This document shows, in pieces, positions 17,752 to 26,897 of a stretch of 28,446 nucleotides of DNA. The notes under the pieces are model-generated. The model saw only the letters and a list, made by a program, of their open reading frames with translations, was not told where the DNA came from and searched no databases. A program made the translations under genes and the position numbers. This stretch comes from Flavobacteriales bacterium. Its GTDB lineage: Bacteria > Bacteroidota > Bacteroidia > M30B66. The DNA lies in assembly GCA_044358335.1 (NCBI GenBank), contig JBIKOC010000001.1:1-28446 (forward strand), given 5' to 3'. Numbering within the stretch: the stretch's first letter is position 1; the number at the start of each line of letters is the position of its first letter.

Positions 17752-17852
17752 TGCTGCGGCAGGGAATGAAGCGGAAACCCCGCAGTATATGCCAAAGCGA
17801 AGCAGCGGCAAATACGAGGAGTTGCAGCGTAATGCCCGGTTTAGCCGCCATC
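17752..17852. repeat. Structured GC-rich intergenic element between convergent genes
   Basis: Two similar boxes (17763-17781 and 17818-17837) flank an 8/9 stem (17785-17793/17807-17815), closed by GCGGC/GCCGC. Confidence 0.5.
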
Positions 17853-17874
17853 AAGGCGAAGAAACACCAGAGAA

Positions 17875-18867
17875 CTAAATGAATTCGTTTGTGCTTTTGG
17901 GAGCGTGTTGGTTAGAGAAATACCAGTCGAACGTGCGTTTAACTCCTTCTTGAAGATTTACTTTAGGTTGATATCCCAAAGCTGCGACCTTCGAAATATC
18001 AGGGCAACGACGAGAAACAGAACCGGAAGTAATCGGCAAGTGGTTTAATGAATAGCGTGTTTGAACGTTTGAGAAAACCGAATCAACAACTTGCTTGATA
18101 GATACTTCTTCTGGATTTCCAAGGTGGTAAATGTTGCGATGAGAACCATGGTGATACATCACCCAAAAGGCTTCGATTAAATCATCGATATAACAAAAAG
18201 CTCTGGTTTCGCTTCCATCTCCTTGAATATCGAACTGAATTTGATCACCCTTTTGATTTTCAATTTCCTCCAAAGCACGAATGATGAATTGGGGAATAAC
18301 GTGCTTGGTTCCCATATCGGGACCGTAAATATTGTGCGGACGAAATACCTGAAGCTTTTCGAAATGTTCCCGGTAAAAATTCATCGCAAGTACTTCCGAA
18401 ATTAATTTACTAGCACCATACGAATAGCGTGGATTGAGCGGATCTGGAACTTTTAAAATAACCGATTCGGGCGTAGGGATTTGTTCTGGATCTTGATAGG
18501 CTTCGGCACTAGATGCAACTACAAGTTCTTTGATATTATTGGCTTTACACGCATCCAATACGTTAAACATTCCTTTTATTCCCACTTCCAAAATCACATC
18601 TGGAATCTTGTAGAAATTTTCGGTTCCGTTGATTGCCGCTAAATGAAAAATAGCCTGACATCCTTTGGTGGCCTCTGTTAGCGCTTTTAAATCTAGAATG
18701 TCGACTTGTGCTAGAGTGATATTTTCAACCCCATCCAACCGGGCTGGTGTACCACGCATGAAATTGTCGATTACAACTACATGATAACCAGCACCAGCAA
18801 AACGCCGAACCAAATAAGCTCCAATAAATCCTGCGCCACCGGTAATGGCTACTGTCTTTTTATTCAT
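17875..18867 (-). CDS. NAD-dependent epimerase/dehydratase (extended SDR, UDP-glucuronate decarboxylase-like)
   Basis: TGGAGFIG, DNFMRG, ASSAEAY, YSYGASK, RPHNIYGP, GSETRAFCYIDD and RRCPDISK. Confidence 0.88.
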   Translation of the reverse strand: MNKKTVAITGGAGFIGAYLVRRFAGAGYHVVVIDNFMRGTPARLDGVENITLAQVDILDLKALTEATKGCQAIFHLAAINGTENFYKIPDVILEVGIKGMFNVLDACKANNIKELVVASSAEAYQDPEQIPTPESVILKVPDPLNPRYSYGASKLISEVLAMNFYREHFEKLQVFRPHNIYGPDMGTKHVIPQFIIRALEEIENQKGDQIQFDIQGDGSETRAFCYIDDLIEAFWVMYHHGSHRNIYHLGNPEEVSIKQVVDSVFSNVQTRYSLNHLPITSGSVSRRCPDISKVAALGYQPKVNLQEGVKRTFDWYFSNQHAPKSTNEFI

Positions 18868-18876
18868 GATGTAAAT

Positions 18877-20211
18877 TTAAATCTGACGTAAAAAAGCCGT
18901 GTGGTTTCCTAGAACAATATAGCGATCCTTGTATGCTTCGCGATCAAATGCATTGAAGCTATTCCAATAATCGTAAACAAGTAACGATGTACTATTTTGA
19001 TCGAAAATCTGCGGCCAAGGTGCTTTTTTGAAAATAGGATGATTGTTCGTTATCACAATCAAGGTGTTTCTTGATGCAGCCTCTGTTAATGAAGACTCAT
19101 ACTGAAGACCTAGCCCTTCGATTGATTTCTGATTTAACTGTGGATCAAAGCCTGAAAATTTTGCCTGTGGATATCGTTGCTTTAATTCGGCAATAATATC
19201 GAGCGCCATGGAACCACGCAAATCGTCCGTTTCTGGGTATCCTTTAAAGGTAAGTCCAGCAATGAGAATATTTTGGGGAATGCTATTGTTCTTCTTCTGG
19301 TATGCTTCTACAATAAAATCGACCGTTTCAACAGGCTGACGTTCGTTTACCAAGCGAGCCGATTTAGTTACCTCAAGCTCATTTAACCCGTAAAGCTTAG
19401 CACTTTGATTGAGAATGTGTGGATCTTTCTCCAAACACGGACCACCAACCAATCCCGGCAAAGCCACGTTGGTTCTAGGATAGCCAAGCTTTCCTCCATT
19501 GATTACTTCATACGCATTGATACCTGCAGCATCACAAATTCGAGCAACCTCATTTCCAAAAGAGAAAATTACATCTCGGTATGTATTATCAACGAGTTTT
19601 ATTAATTCGGCCGTTTCGAGCGTAGAAACCTTTATCGTTGTTGGTGTAAGACGACCGAATAGCACGGCACAACGCTCGCGAGTTTCGAGATCGTCGGAAC
19701 CAATGATTTGAGGGAGATAATGAAGTTCCTTCAGAGCCGATCCTTCCAATGTACGTTCAGGACAAACTGCTATTTGATATTTAAAACCTGTTTGATCAAG
19801 GATTGGAGAAATAATTTTCCGAGCAGTTCCCAAACGAACAGTCGATCGAAGTATTACTAAATCACCGTCAGCCATCGTAGCAGCTATTTCACGAGTGGCG
19901 TTCTCAATCATATCGAGCCGGATTTTATCATCCGCCCCAAGAGGTGTCCCAACAGTAATTATGTAAACACTTGGCTTAAATGGCAAGCCTTGCAGTGTTT
20001 GCGAAAATGTAAATCGCTGTTTCTTTAAGGCGGATTTTATTTCCGACTCAAGACCTTCTTCAAAAAATGTGGGGTTTCCGAGCGTTAGTTGATCGAGTAC
20101 GTCTTTTCGAACTTCTAAACCGTGCACTTGATAGTCGGCATTTGCAAGACTAACGGCGAGCGTTAATCCAACATATCCCAAGCCCAATACACAAATGTTT
20201 TCCTGATTCAA
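18877..20211 (-). CDS. Nucleotide-sugar 6-dehydrogenase (UDP-Glc/GDP-Man/UDP-ManNAc dehydrogenase family)
   Basis: GLGYVGL, ITVGTP, ILRSTV, CPERTLEG, catalytic VGGPCLEKDP and GLTFKG...DDLRGS. The start is uncertain (TTG 20211 or 20250). Confidence 0.9.
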   Translation of the reverse strand: MNQENICVLGLGYVGLTLAVSLANADYQVHGLEVRKDVLDQLTLGNPTFFEEGLESEIKSALKKQRFTFSQTLQGLPFKPSVYIITVGTPLGADDKIRLDMIENATREIAATMADGDLVILRSTVRLGTARKIISPILDQTGFKYQIAVCPERTLEGSALKELHYLPQIIGSDDLETRERCAVLFGRLTPTTIKVSTLETAELIKLVDNTYRDVIFSFGNEVARICDAAGINAYEVINGGKLGYPRTNVALPGLVGGPCLEKDPHILNQSAKLYGLNELEVTKSARLVNERQPVETVDFIVEAYQKKNNSIPQNILIAGLTFKGYPETDDLRGSMALDIIAELKQRYPQAKFSGFDPQLNQKSIEGLGLQYESSLTEAASRNTLIVITNNHPIFKKAPWPQIFDQNSTSLLVYDYWNSFNAFDREAYKDRYIVLGNHTAFLRQI

Positions 20212-20421
20212 TTTTCCTAATTTTGATGCAAAGAAACAATACAATTTCAATTTGTAAAGAATTCGCTATTTGAATAATAAATCAGCTTGATTGCTTTTGG
20301 AAAAAACTCCTAAATACTTTTTTCCTTCCTATTTCTAATTCAAATTCGAATCTCATTCATTTTACTACTTATCATGAATTTGAAAGTGGAAGCACTTAAT
20401 TTTCGACCCTTTTCAACCCAA

Positions 20422-23340
20422 ATGACCCATTTCTTCTCCTCCTTACTTTTCATTCTTACTTTCCATTCTGTTTTTGCTCAATATACACCGGCCAAACTCG
20501 TCAACCCTATGGTTGGAACGGGAGGGCATGGACATACTTTTCCGGGTGCAACAGTACCTTTTGGGATGGTGCAACTTAGCCCAGACACACGTGTAGATGG
20601 AAGTTGGGATGGTTGTGGCGGCTATCATTATAACGATTCGTTGATTTATGGATTTTCGCATACTCACCTAAGCGGTACAGGCTGCTCCGATTATGGAGAT
20701 ATTTTGCTCATGCCTTTGAAGAGCCGTCCCGATCTAACGAAGAAGCAATTTGCCAGCAGCTTTTCTCACAAGGCCGAACAGGCTGGAGCTGGCTGGTATG
20801 AGGTTGTTTTACGTGATCAACAAATTCGCGCTGAACTAACCACTAGTACTCGTGTAGGATTTCATCGCTATACTTTTCCGGGGAAGAATGGTTTTGTTTT
20901 ACTCGACTTGCTTCACCGTGATGAATTATTGGAGGGTAAAGTGGAAAAGGTAGATGATTACACCATTCGTGGAATGCGTCGCAGTAAGGCTTGGGCTCAG
21001 GATCAGATAATTTATTTCGAAATCGTATTCTCGCAAAAAATTTCTGCTATCGAAGAAAGTTCAAACAGTACTCAAGGCGATTTGCGAACGGCTATTCAAT
21101 TCGAAAACATGAGTAGCAATATGCTCGAAGTAAAAGTGGGTGTTTCGTTTAGCTCTTTAGAAGGTGCTCACCTCAACCTAAATAGTGAAGCAACAAATAC
21201 CAACTTCGATTTAGCTAAAGAAAGAGCGATCAAATACTGGGAAACAGAATTGGGACGCATTCAAATCAAAGGTGGAACTACCGAACAAAAGAAGATCTTT
21301 TACACGGCGCTTTATCATACCCTGATTCAACCCAACACCGCAAGTGATGTGGATGGTTCTTACCGAGGAATGGATAAGAAAGTCCATAAGGCTGAGGGTT
21401 TTACGTACTATTCCGTTTTCTCTCTTTGGGACACGTTTCGCGCCGCACATCCGCTTTACTCGATTCTTTATCCGGAACGAAGTCGTGATTTTATTCAAAC
21501 TTTTTTGCGCATGTATCAAGAAGGCGGAAGATTACCTGTGTGGGAACTTGCCTCCAACGAAACCGATTGCATGATTGGCTATCACAGCGTAAGTGTAATG
21601 GTGGATGCGTATTTCAAAGGCATTAAAGGTTTCGATACACAACTCGCATTGGAAGCTATGCAGAAAAGCGCCACATGGAATCATTTGGGTTTGCCAGCCT
21701 ATATGGATCATGGCTTTTTATCGGTGGATGATGAGCATGAAAGTGTTTCTAAAACGCTCGAATATGCTTACGACGATTGGTGTATTGCTCGATTTGCAGA
21801 AGAGCTAAAAAAACAAGATGTGTTCTCAACTTATGCTACTCGATCTAAAAATTGGAAGAATTTATTTGAATCCAAGACAGGATTTATGCGTCCCAAAAAG
21901 AACGGAGCATGGCTTTCTCCTTTCGATCCGAGGGAAGTAAACAATCACTTCACCGAAGCCAACTCTTGGCAATACAGCTTCTTCGTTCCTCAGGATATAT
22001 ATGGCTTAGCTCAAGCTCACGGCGGACAAGACATTCTCATAAAACGATTGACCGGATTATTCGAAGCCGATTCGAAAACAACAGGTCGCACACAAAGCGA
22101 TATTACCGGTTTAATTGGTCAATATGCGCACGGCAACGAACCGAGTCACCACATGGCCTGGATGTTTAGCGCAATTGGCGAACCTCGCTTATCTCAGCAA
22201 TACGTGAGACGAATCTTAAAAGAGATGTATCACAATGCTCCGGATGGCTTATCGGGTAACGAAGACTGTGGACAGATGAGCGCTTGGTATGTGTTTGCTG
22301 CAATGGGCTTTTATCCTGTTTGTCCGGGCAACCCGAATTATGTGGTAGGAGCACCACTGTTCGATGAAATCAAAATCACTCCAGTTAACGGAAAACTCTT
22401 TAGTATCAAGGCTCCTGGGGCAAGTAAAAACGAATACACCATAGCGGTAGAAGGCAAGCAAGACTACTGGTTCAACCACAGCAGCATTCTTAATGGAGAG
22501 TCTATTTCACTCAGCATGGGTAAAGTTGCTCCCCAAAAACAAACCTTGCAGCAAATTCCTTTTACTTACGATTGGTCGTCTATAAAAACAGTTCAAGTTC
22601 CCGTATTTTCTACTGCTCAACAAGTGTTTCGAGATAGTGTATTGGTTAAAATAGAATCGATCGCGACGGGAGCTAAAGTCTATTATACCCTGAATGGCGA
22701 AAATCCTAGCTCTCTATCTCCAATTGCTACAGATCCAATACTAATCCGAAATAGCAGTCAATTAAAAGCAATCGCTATTAAAGATGGAATTAGCAGTCCA
22801 GAAAATACTGCGGCATACCACAAGATTCCACATAACTGGACGGTGAAGATTAATTCTTCTTACAATCCACAGTATTCTGCCGGAGGCGATCAAGGAATCA
22901 TCGATGGATTATTTGCTGATGAAAACTGGCGCAAAGGTGGATGGCAAGGCTATCAAGGGCAAGATTTTGAATGCGTAGTGGATTTGCAAAAAACTTCTGA
23001 AATATCGACGATTGGAGCTTCCTTCTTGCAAGATTCACGCAGCTGGATTTTATTCCCAACAGAAGTACGATTTGAATATTCCTTGGATGGAATTTCATTT
23101 ATTCCGTTTGTCACCGACAGCAATTTCATCGACCCAAAAGACACTAAAGTTCAACTCCAAAAGTTCGAAGAAAAACGTTCATTTGTGACAAATGAGAAAA
23201 ACGAGCCCATGACGATACCTCAGCCAACTGCCATGCGTTACATACGTGTAAAAGCAAAAAACTTTGGTGCACTTCCCGAATGGCATCAAGGCGCTGGTGG
23301 GGAAGCGTTTATTTTCATTGATGAGATTTGGGCGAGGTAG
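20422..23340 (+). CDS. GH92 alpha-mannosidase with C-terminal chitobiase/Fn3-like and F5/8-type modules
   Basis: VNPMVGTGGHGHTFPGA, GFSHTHLSGTG, FSLWDTFRA, TEANSWQY, YAHGNEPSHH and GNEDCGQMSAW. Start likely ATG 20422 (track 20374). Confidence 0.95.
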   Translation: MTHFFSSLLFILTFHSVFAQYTPAKLVNPMVGTGGHGHTFPGATVPFGMVQLSPDTRVDGSWDGCGGYHYNDSLIYGFSHTHLSGTGCSDYGDILLMPLKSRPDLTKKQFASSFSHKAEQAGAGWYEVVLRDQQIRAELTTSTRVGFHRYTFPGKNGFVLLDLLHRDELLEGKVEKVDDYTIRGMRRSKAWAQDQIIYFEIVFSQKISAIEESSNSTQGDLRTAIQFENMSSNMLEVKVGVSFSSLEGAHLNLNSEATNTNFDLAKERAIKYWETELGRIQIKGGTTEQKKIFYTALYHTLIQPNTASDVDGSYRGMDKKVHKAEGFTYYSVFSLWDTFRAAHPLYSILYPERSRDFIQTFLRMYQEGGRLPVWELASNETDCMIGYHSVSVMVDAYFKGIKGFDTQLALEAMQKSATWNHLGLPAYMDHGFLSVDDEHESVSKTLEYAYDDWCIARFAEELKKQDVFSTYATRSKNWKNLFESKTGFMRPKKNGAWLSPFDPREVNNHFTEANSWQYSFFVPQDIYGLAQAHGGQDILIKRLTGLFEADSKTTGRTQSDITGLIGQYAHGNEPSHHMAWMFSAIGEPRLSQQYVRRILKEMYHNAPDGLSGNEDCGQMSAWYVFAAMGFYPVCPGNPNYVVGAPLFDEIKITPVNGKLFSIKAPGASKNEYTIAVEGKQDYWFNHSSILNGESISLSMGKVAPQKQTLQQIPFTYDWSSIKTVQVPVFSTAQQVFRDSVLVKIESIATGAKVYYTLNGENPSSLSPIATDPILIRNSSQLKAIAIKDGISSPENTAAYHKIPHNWTVKINSSYNPQYSAGGDQGIIDGLFADENWRKGGWQGYQGQDFECVVDLQKTSEISTIGASFLQDSRSWILFPTEVRFEYSLDGISFIPFVTDSNFIDPKDTKVQLQKFEEKRSFVTNEKNEPMTIPQPTAMRYIRVKAKNFGALPEWHQGAGGEAFIFIDEIWAR

Positions 23341-23413
23341 AGGCAGTGGTTAAATATGCCCTTGTTATCTGACATAAATTGTGAACCATTGCCCTTGCTA
23401 TCTTACAAATAAG

Positions 23414-23575
23414 ATGTTGCACATACGTCTGAAAGGGCTTAAGTTACTTGAATAACGGCGGATAAAGAACGGCTGCAAACCATTCGTGATTCTAGGCGCT
23501 CGACAAGTGGGTAAACTAACCCTCGGGCGGGCGCTTCTTTGTTCACCGCATGCTTATTTTGAAGCAAAACTTTAA
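23414..23575 (+). pseudogene. Relic of the N-terminus of an AAA_14/DUF4143-type ATPase
   Basis: Manual translation MLHIRLKGLKLLE*RRIKNGCKPFVILGARQVGKLTLGRALL...: a Walker A region GARQVGK, with an in-frame TAA at 23453-23455 where the family usually has Trp; nothing follows. Confidence 0.7.
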
Positions 23576-23589
23576 AAGAACAGAACAGC

Positions 23590-24441
23590 TCAATCCTTTA
23601 TACACCTTACCGACATCCCATATTTTTTGGAGTTAATGCCTCTAAATATGAAATCTGAGATATAATATGCTCTCCACCAAATTGGACTTGGTGTCGCATC
23701 ATCACTTAAAGAAGATGTCCACCAAAACCCATTTTGAAATGTCCAATTAAATCCATCTAAAGGACGGATGGCGCCTCCAGGCAACCCATTAAAACCGCTT
23801 GAGTTAGTTGCTCCTGTATTCGGACTTTGCCAATATTCATTTCCAGCCATTTTCAATTTGCCACCAGCAACTGTGTCTCCACCCAAATAATTAACAAGTT
23901 CGGTCCATTCAGAGTCGGTAGGTACATGCGAACCTATTGGACATAAAACTCTAGGATCTTCAACTGTATACCAATTATACAAAAAACCAATAGCATAGCC
24001 CAATGCAACATCGTTACTATTTGGATATTGTCGGGCGGGAGTTGTTGCAGAGTTCCAGGTGGTTTGATTAAGCACATAAGGAATTTCGCTTCCATCAACG
24101 AACTTCGTTGTTTTTAAATTCTCCCTGAACCAACATTGATTCCCGATTTCAACCAAAGTATAAACGTTCCCTTCTACATCTGTAATTGTATCTATTCCGC
24201 CGCACGGGGCAACTGCAGTGGTGTTAAATGTTACATTGTTTATCTCTCCCAAAGAATGTGATTCATTCGAACCACTCTGCAGTATGACCTCCATTTGATT
24301 GGTCGTTGAATTAAACCGAATGCTGTCGATTTGATTGATCAAGTTCGAAACGGTTCCACTATTATTATTAATGTTTTGTTGCGTTTGTGCAAATCCGTTT
24401 AACGCGATCAAAACCGAAAGAAGCGAGTATAATATTCTCAT
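23590..24441 (-). CDS. FISUMP (Fibrobacter succinogenes major paralogous domain) protein with a signal peptide
   Basis: DVEGNVYTLVEIGNQCWFRENLKT, GFLYNWY, LCPIGSHVPTDSEW, TNSSGFNGLPGG, GFWWTSS and GMSVRCIKD. Start likely ATG 24441 (track 24474). Confidence 0.92.
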   Translation of the reverse strand: MRILYSLLSVLIALNGFAQTQQNINNNSGTVSNLINQIDSIRFNSTTNQMEVILQSGSNESHSLGEINNVTFNTTAVAPCGGIDTITDVEGNVYTLVEIGNQCWFRENLKTTKFVDGSEIPYVLNQTTWNSATTPARQYPNSNDVALGYAIGFLYNWYTVEDPRVLCPIGSHVPTDSEWTELVNYLGGDTVAGGKLKMAGNEYWQSPNTGATNSSGFNGLPGGAIRPLDGFNWTFQNGFWWTSSLSDDATPSPIWWRAYYISDFIFRGINSKKYGMSVRCIKD

Positions 24442-24446
24442 GGATA

Positions 24447-24956
24447 TTAATTTACAATGAATGATTTGGTCCAAGTTCTCTGCTCTCCTTTAACTTTACA
24501 TACATAAACTCCAGCTGGTAATGGTGTGTTCAAGGAATAGGTTTGCTTTCCATCATTTATACCAGAATAAATCTTTTTAATCTCTTGTCCTAATAAATCG
24601 AAAACACTAATTGAAACAAATTGATTATCATTGGCTAAAAGGGAAATAGATACTTGCCCATTCGATGGATTAGGGTATATTTCTATTTGATTAGTTTCTT
24701 TTTCTTCTGTTTGAGGGTTTAGAGTAACATTGTCAAATCGATAATTGTTAATATCACTTATTAACCAGCTCAAAGAATTTCCATCGGTCTTATACAAAAT
24801 CATGGTTTGACTATCAAACTTAATGCTCTGTATTTCAAGAACTGGTAAAGTTGAAACCTCGCTGTTATTCAACGTTAACACAAATTGATATTGTGCTTCT
24901 ATCGTATTTACTAAAAACAACAAACTTCCGAAAATGAATTTTGTAAGTAGTTTCAT
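24447..24956 (-). CDS. Small T9SS cargo protein (type A C-terminal sorting domain)
   Basis: Signal peptide; IEIYPNPSNG..., VFDLLGQEI, LPAGVYVCKV and terminal KSFIVN. Confidence 0.9.
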   Translation of the reverse strand: MKLLTKFIFGSLLFLVNTIEAQYQFVLTLNNSEVSTLPVLEIQSIKFDSQTMILYKTDGNSLSWLISDINNYRFDNVTLNPQTEEKETNQIEIYPNPSNGQVSISLLANDNQFVSISVFDLLGQEIKKIYSGINDGKQTYSLNTPLPAGVYVCKVKGEQRTWTKSFIVN

Positions 24957-25275
24957 AATTGTTACCTATTGATTCTTTACTGATAAAGAAATGATAATTA
25001 GTCTTTTTTTCAAATAGGTGGCATTATTTAATTTTTAAAAAACCTAAATAGAATAAATTTTTTTAATCCTAAAGAGGTAAAACATACTGTGTTGTGGGCA
25101 GTCTATTAACAATTTACACCAGAATTGCCTAAAAGAATAGAGCGCTATATTTCATAAATCAATGCATCATATTTCTGAACATTTATTAACTATCAAAAAA
25201 CTTTGTCGTTAGCCAACAAACAATGTAAATTGGTACGATTATGATAGTGCAACGTGGCTTTTCGATTTTATCAAA

Positions 25276-26889
25276 ATGGAAATAACGTATTTCAAACACT
25301 CTGTTTATTGGCTGATTGCGGCAATGTTGGCATCGGTTAATATGCAGGCTCAAACGAGTCTCTGGCTCTTAAAAATAGGCGAAGACTCTGTGATACGAGT
25401 TCGTCCAAATAACGACTTCTACGACCGAGAAGACTCGTTTAATGGAACGTATTGGAATGAAGGAAGTCGCACCCGTTTCAACTTCCCTTATGGTACACGA
25501 AAATTTCGGACAGGATTATACCGTGGCTGGACCACTTCCAAGGAATTTCAATTCATGGATGCCCAAGGAAATCACATCAACGATAGTGCGATTTGGGCAA
25601 TGGGTCAAATTCAAGATTTCAAACCAATAGGCATCTGGCGCAAATACCACCTGAACGGAAAAGTCGCTCTAGAACGCGAGTATTGCAATGGAATACCTTG
25701 TGGGAAAATCTCGCTTTTCTATGAAAACGGACAAGTGAAAACGAGTGGCGAAGTGGATACGAATGCCTATCCACATGGAACCTGGAAAGCCTGGTTTGAA
25801 AACGGAAGGCCTAAATGGGAAATAGCATTCGAGCATGGAATAACCAAGGGCTGGTCGACACATTACAATGAAACCGGTTTGATAAGTAAAGTGCATTTCA
25901 CCAGTGGGCAATGGGCAAATAATTACGATGAGATGCAGCTTTTTTATCCAGAAACGGGTATGATGAAAGCAAGGATGGGCCTAAGAAATGCTCGTCCAAT
26001 TATGATTGACGCGTGGGATGAGAAAGACAATCAAACCCTCAGTAATGGCAATGGATTTATACGTGGAGAATACACTCAAATAGAAAGAGGGAAGATTGAA
26101 GCACGCATCATCAATGGTGAAATGCGAAGTGATTGCAAGCGTTATTATGATGTTGAAGGAAAAAAGCTGCGCTCGGATGTTAGAGAAGATTCGCTCGTTC
26201 CCGGCCTACTTCATTCAACAGGCTATTACGAAAATGGTGTAATGAATTTCAAATTCAGCTATCGATATGCTGATGTAACATCAAGAGGTGATATAACCCG
26301 CGAAGGTCCGGCGATATACTACCATCCAAATGGTCAATTGTCACATAGTCTTTCGTTTGAACAGGATGCCGCTGTTGGCTTTTTCAAGCAATGGAATGAG
26401 AAAGGAATTTTGGTGGCCGAAGTCGTCTTCACCCAACATTTCGATAGCACGTTTTCGTATGTAAAGTCGATTGATGATATGTTTATGAGTGTTTCGGGTG
26501 TTCCCGATGGAACTTGGAAACACTGGAGCAATAATGGTGTAATAATCTCGGAATCTGCTTATAGTAAAGGCTTGCGTCATGGAAAATGGAGAACTTTTCA
26601 TGAAAATGGCCAGCTAAAAACACAGCGCGAATACCGAAATGACGAGCCATTAAATGAAGAAATACACTTCGACATCAACGGGAAGAAAATCAAACAGAAG
26701 AAAGAGAAATGCCCAAGCCAGAACTGGGGCAGTAGCTATATCTGTTCAGAACATGGACTCGTTTCGGTTACTGACGATTTAGGAGTTTGTTCAAACTGCA
26801 GAAAAGGCACCAGTAGTGGTATGTATGGACTTTGTGCACACTGTGCCTGTAAATTAGGGCGTTGCCAAATGTGTGGGCGGAAATATTAA
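25276..26889 (+). CDS. Secreted MORN-variant (YwqK-like) repeat protein with a C-terminal Cys-rich domain
   Basis: Signal peptide ending AQ; repeated G.W..Y/F..NG......Y.NG units; the last ~60 aa contain 9 Cys. Confidence 0.85.
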   Translation: MEITYFKHSVYWLIAAMLASVNMQAQTSLWLLKIGEDSVIRVRPNNDFYDREDSFNGTYWNEGSRTRFNFPYGTRKFRTGLYRGWTTSKEFQFMDAQGNHINDSAIWAMGQIQDFKPIGIWRKYHLNGKVALEREYCNGIPCGKISLFYENGQVKTSGEVDTNAYPHGTWKAWFENGRPKWEIAFEHGITKGWSTHYNETGLISKVHFTSGQWANNYDEMQLFYPETGMMKARMGLRNARPIMIDAWDEKDNQTLSNGNGFIRGEYTQIERGKIEARIINGEMRSDCKRYYDVEGKKLRSDVREDSLVPGLLHSTGYYENGVMNFKFSYRYADVTSRGDITREGPAIYYHPNGQLSHSLSFEQDAAVGFFKQWNEKGILVAEVVFTQHFDSTFSYVKSIDDMFMSVSGVPDGTWKHWSNNGVIISESAYSKGLRHGKWRTFHENGQLKTQREYRNDEPLNEEIHFDINGKKIKQKKEKCPSQNWGSSYICSEHGLVSVTDDLGVCSNCRKGTSSGMYGLCAHCACKLGRCQMCGRKY

Positions 26890-26897
26890 CGTGTCGT

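Noticed and set aside
20268-20345. 8-bp inverted repeat ATTTGAAT/ATTCAAAT in the divergent region before GH92
   Set aside because: Short, AT-rich and about 60 bp apart; expected by chance.
8969-23144. Many 60-140 aa ORFs overlapping the transporter, GH20, aspG, GH2, SDR and GH92 genes
   Set aside because: Alternate-frame or antisense shadows of well-supported genes; none shows a family motif.
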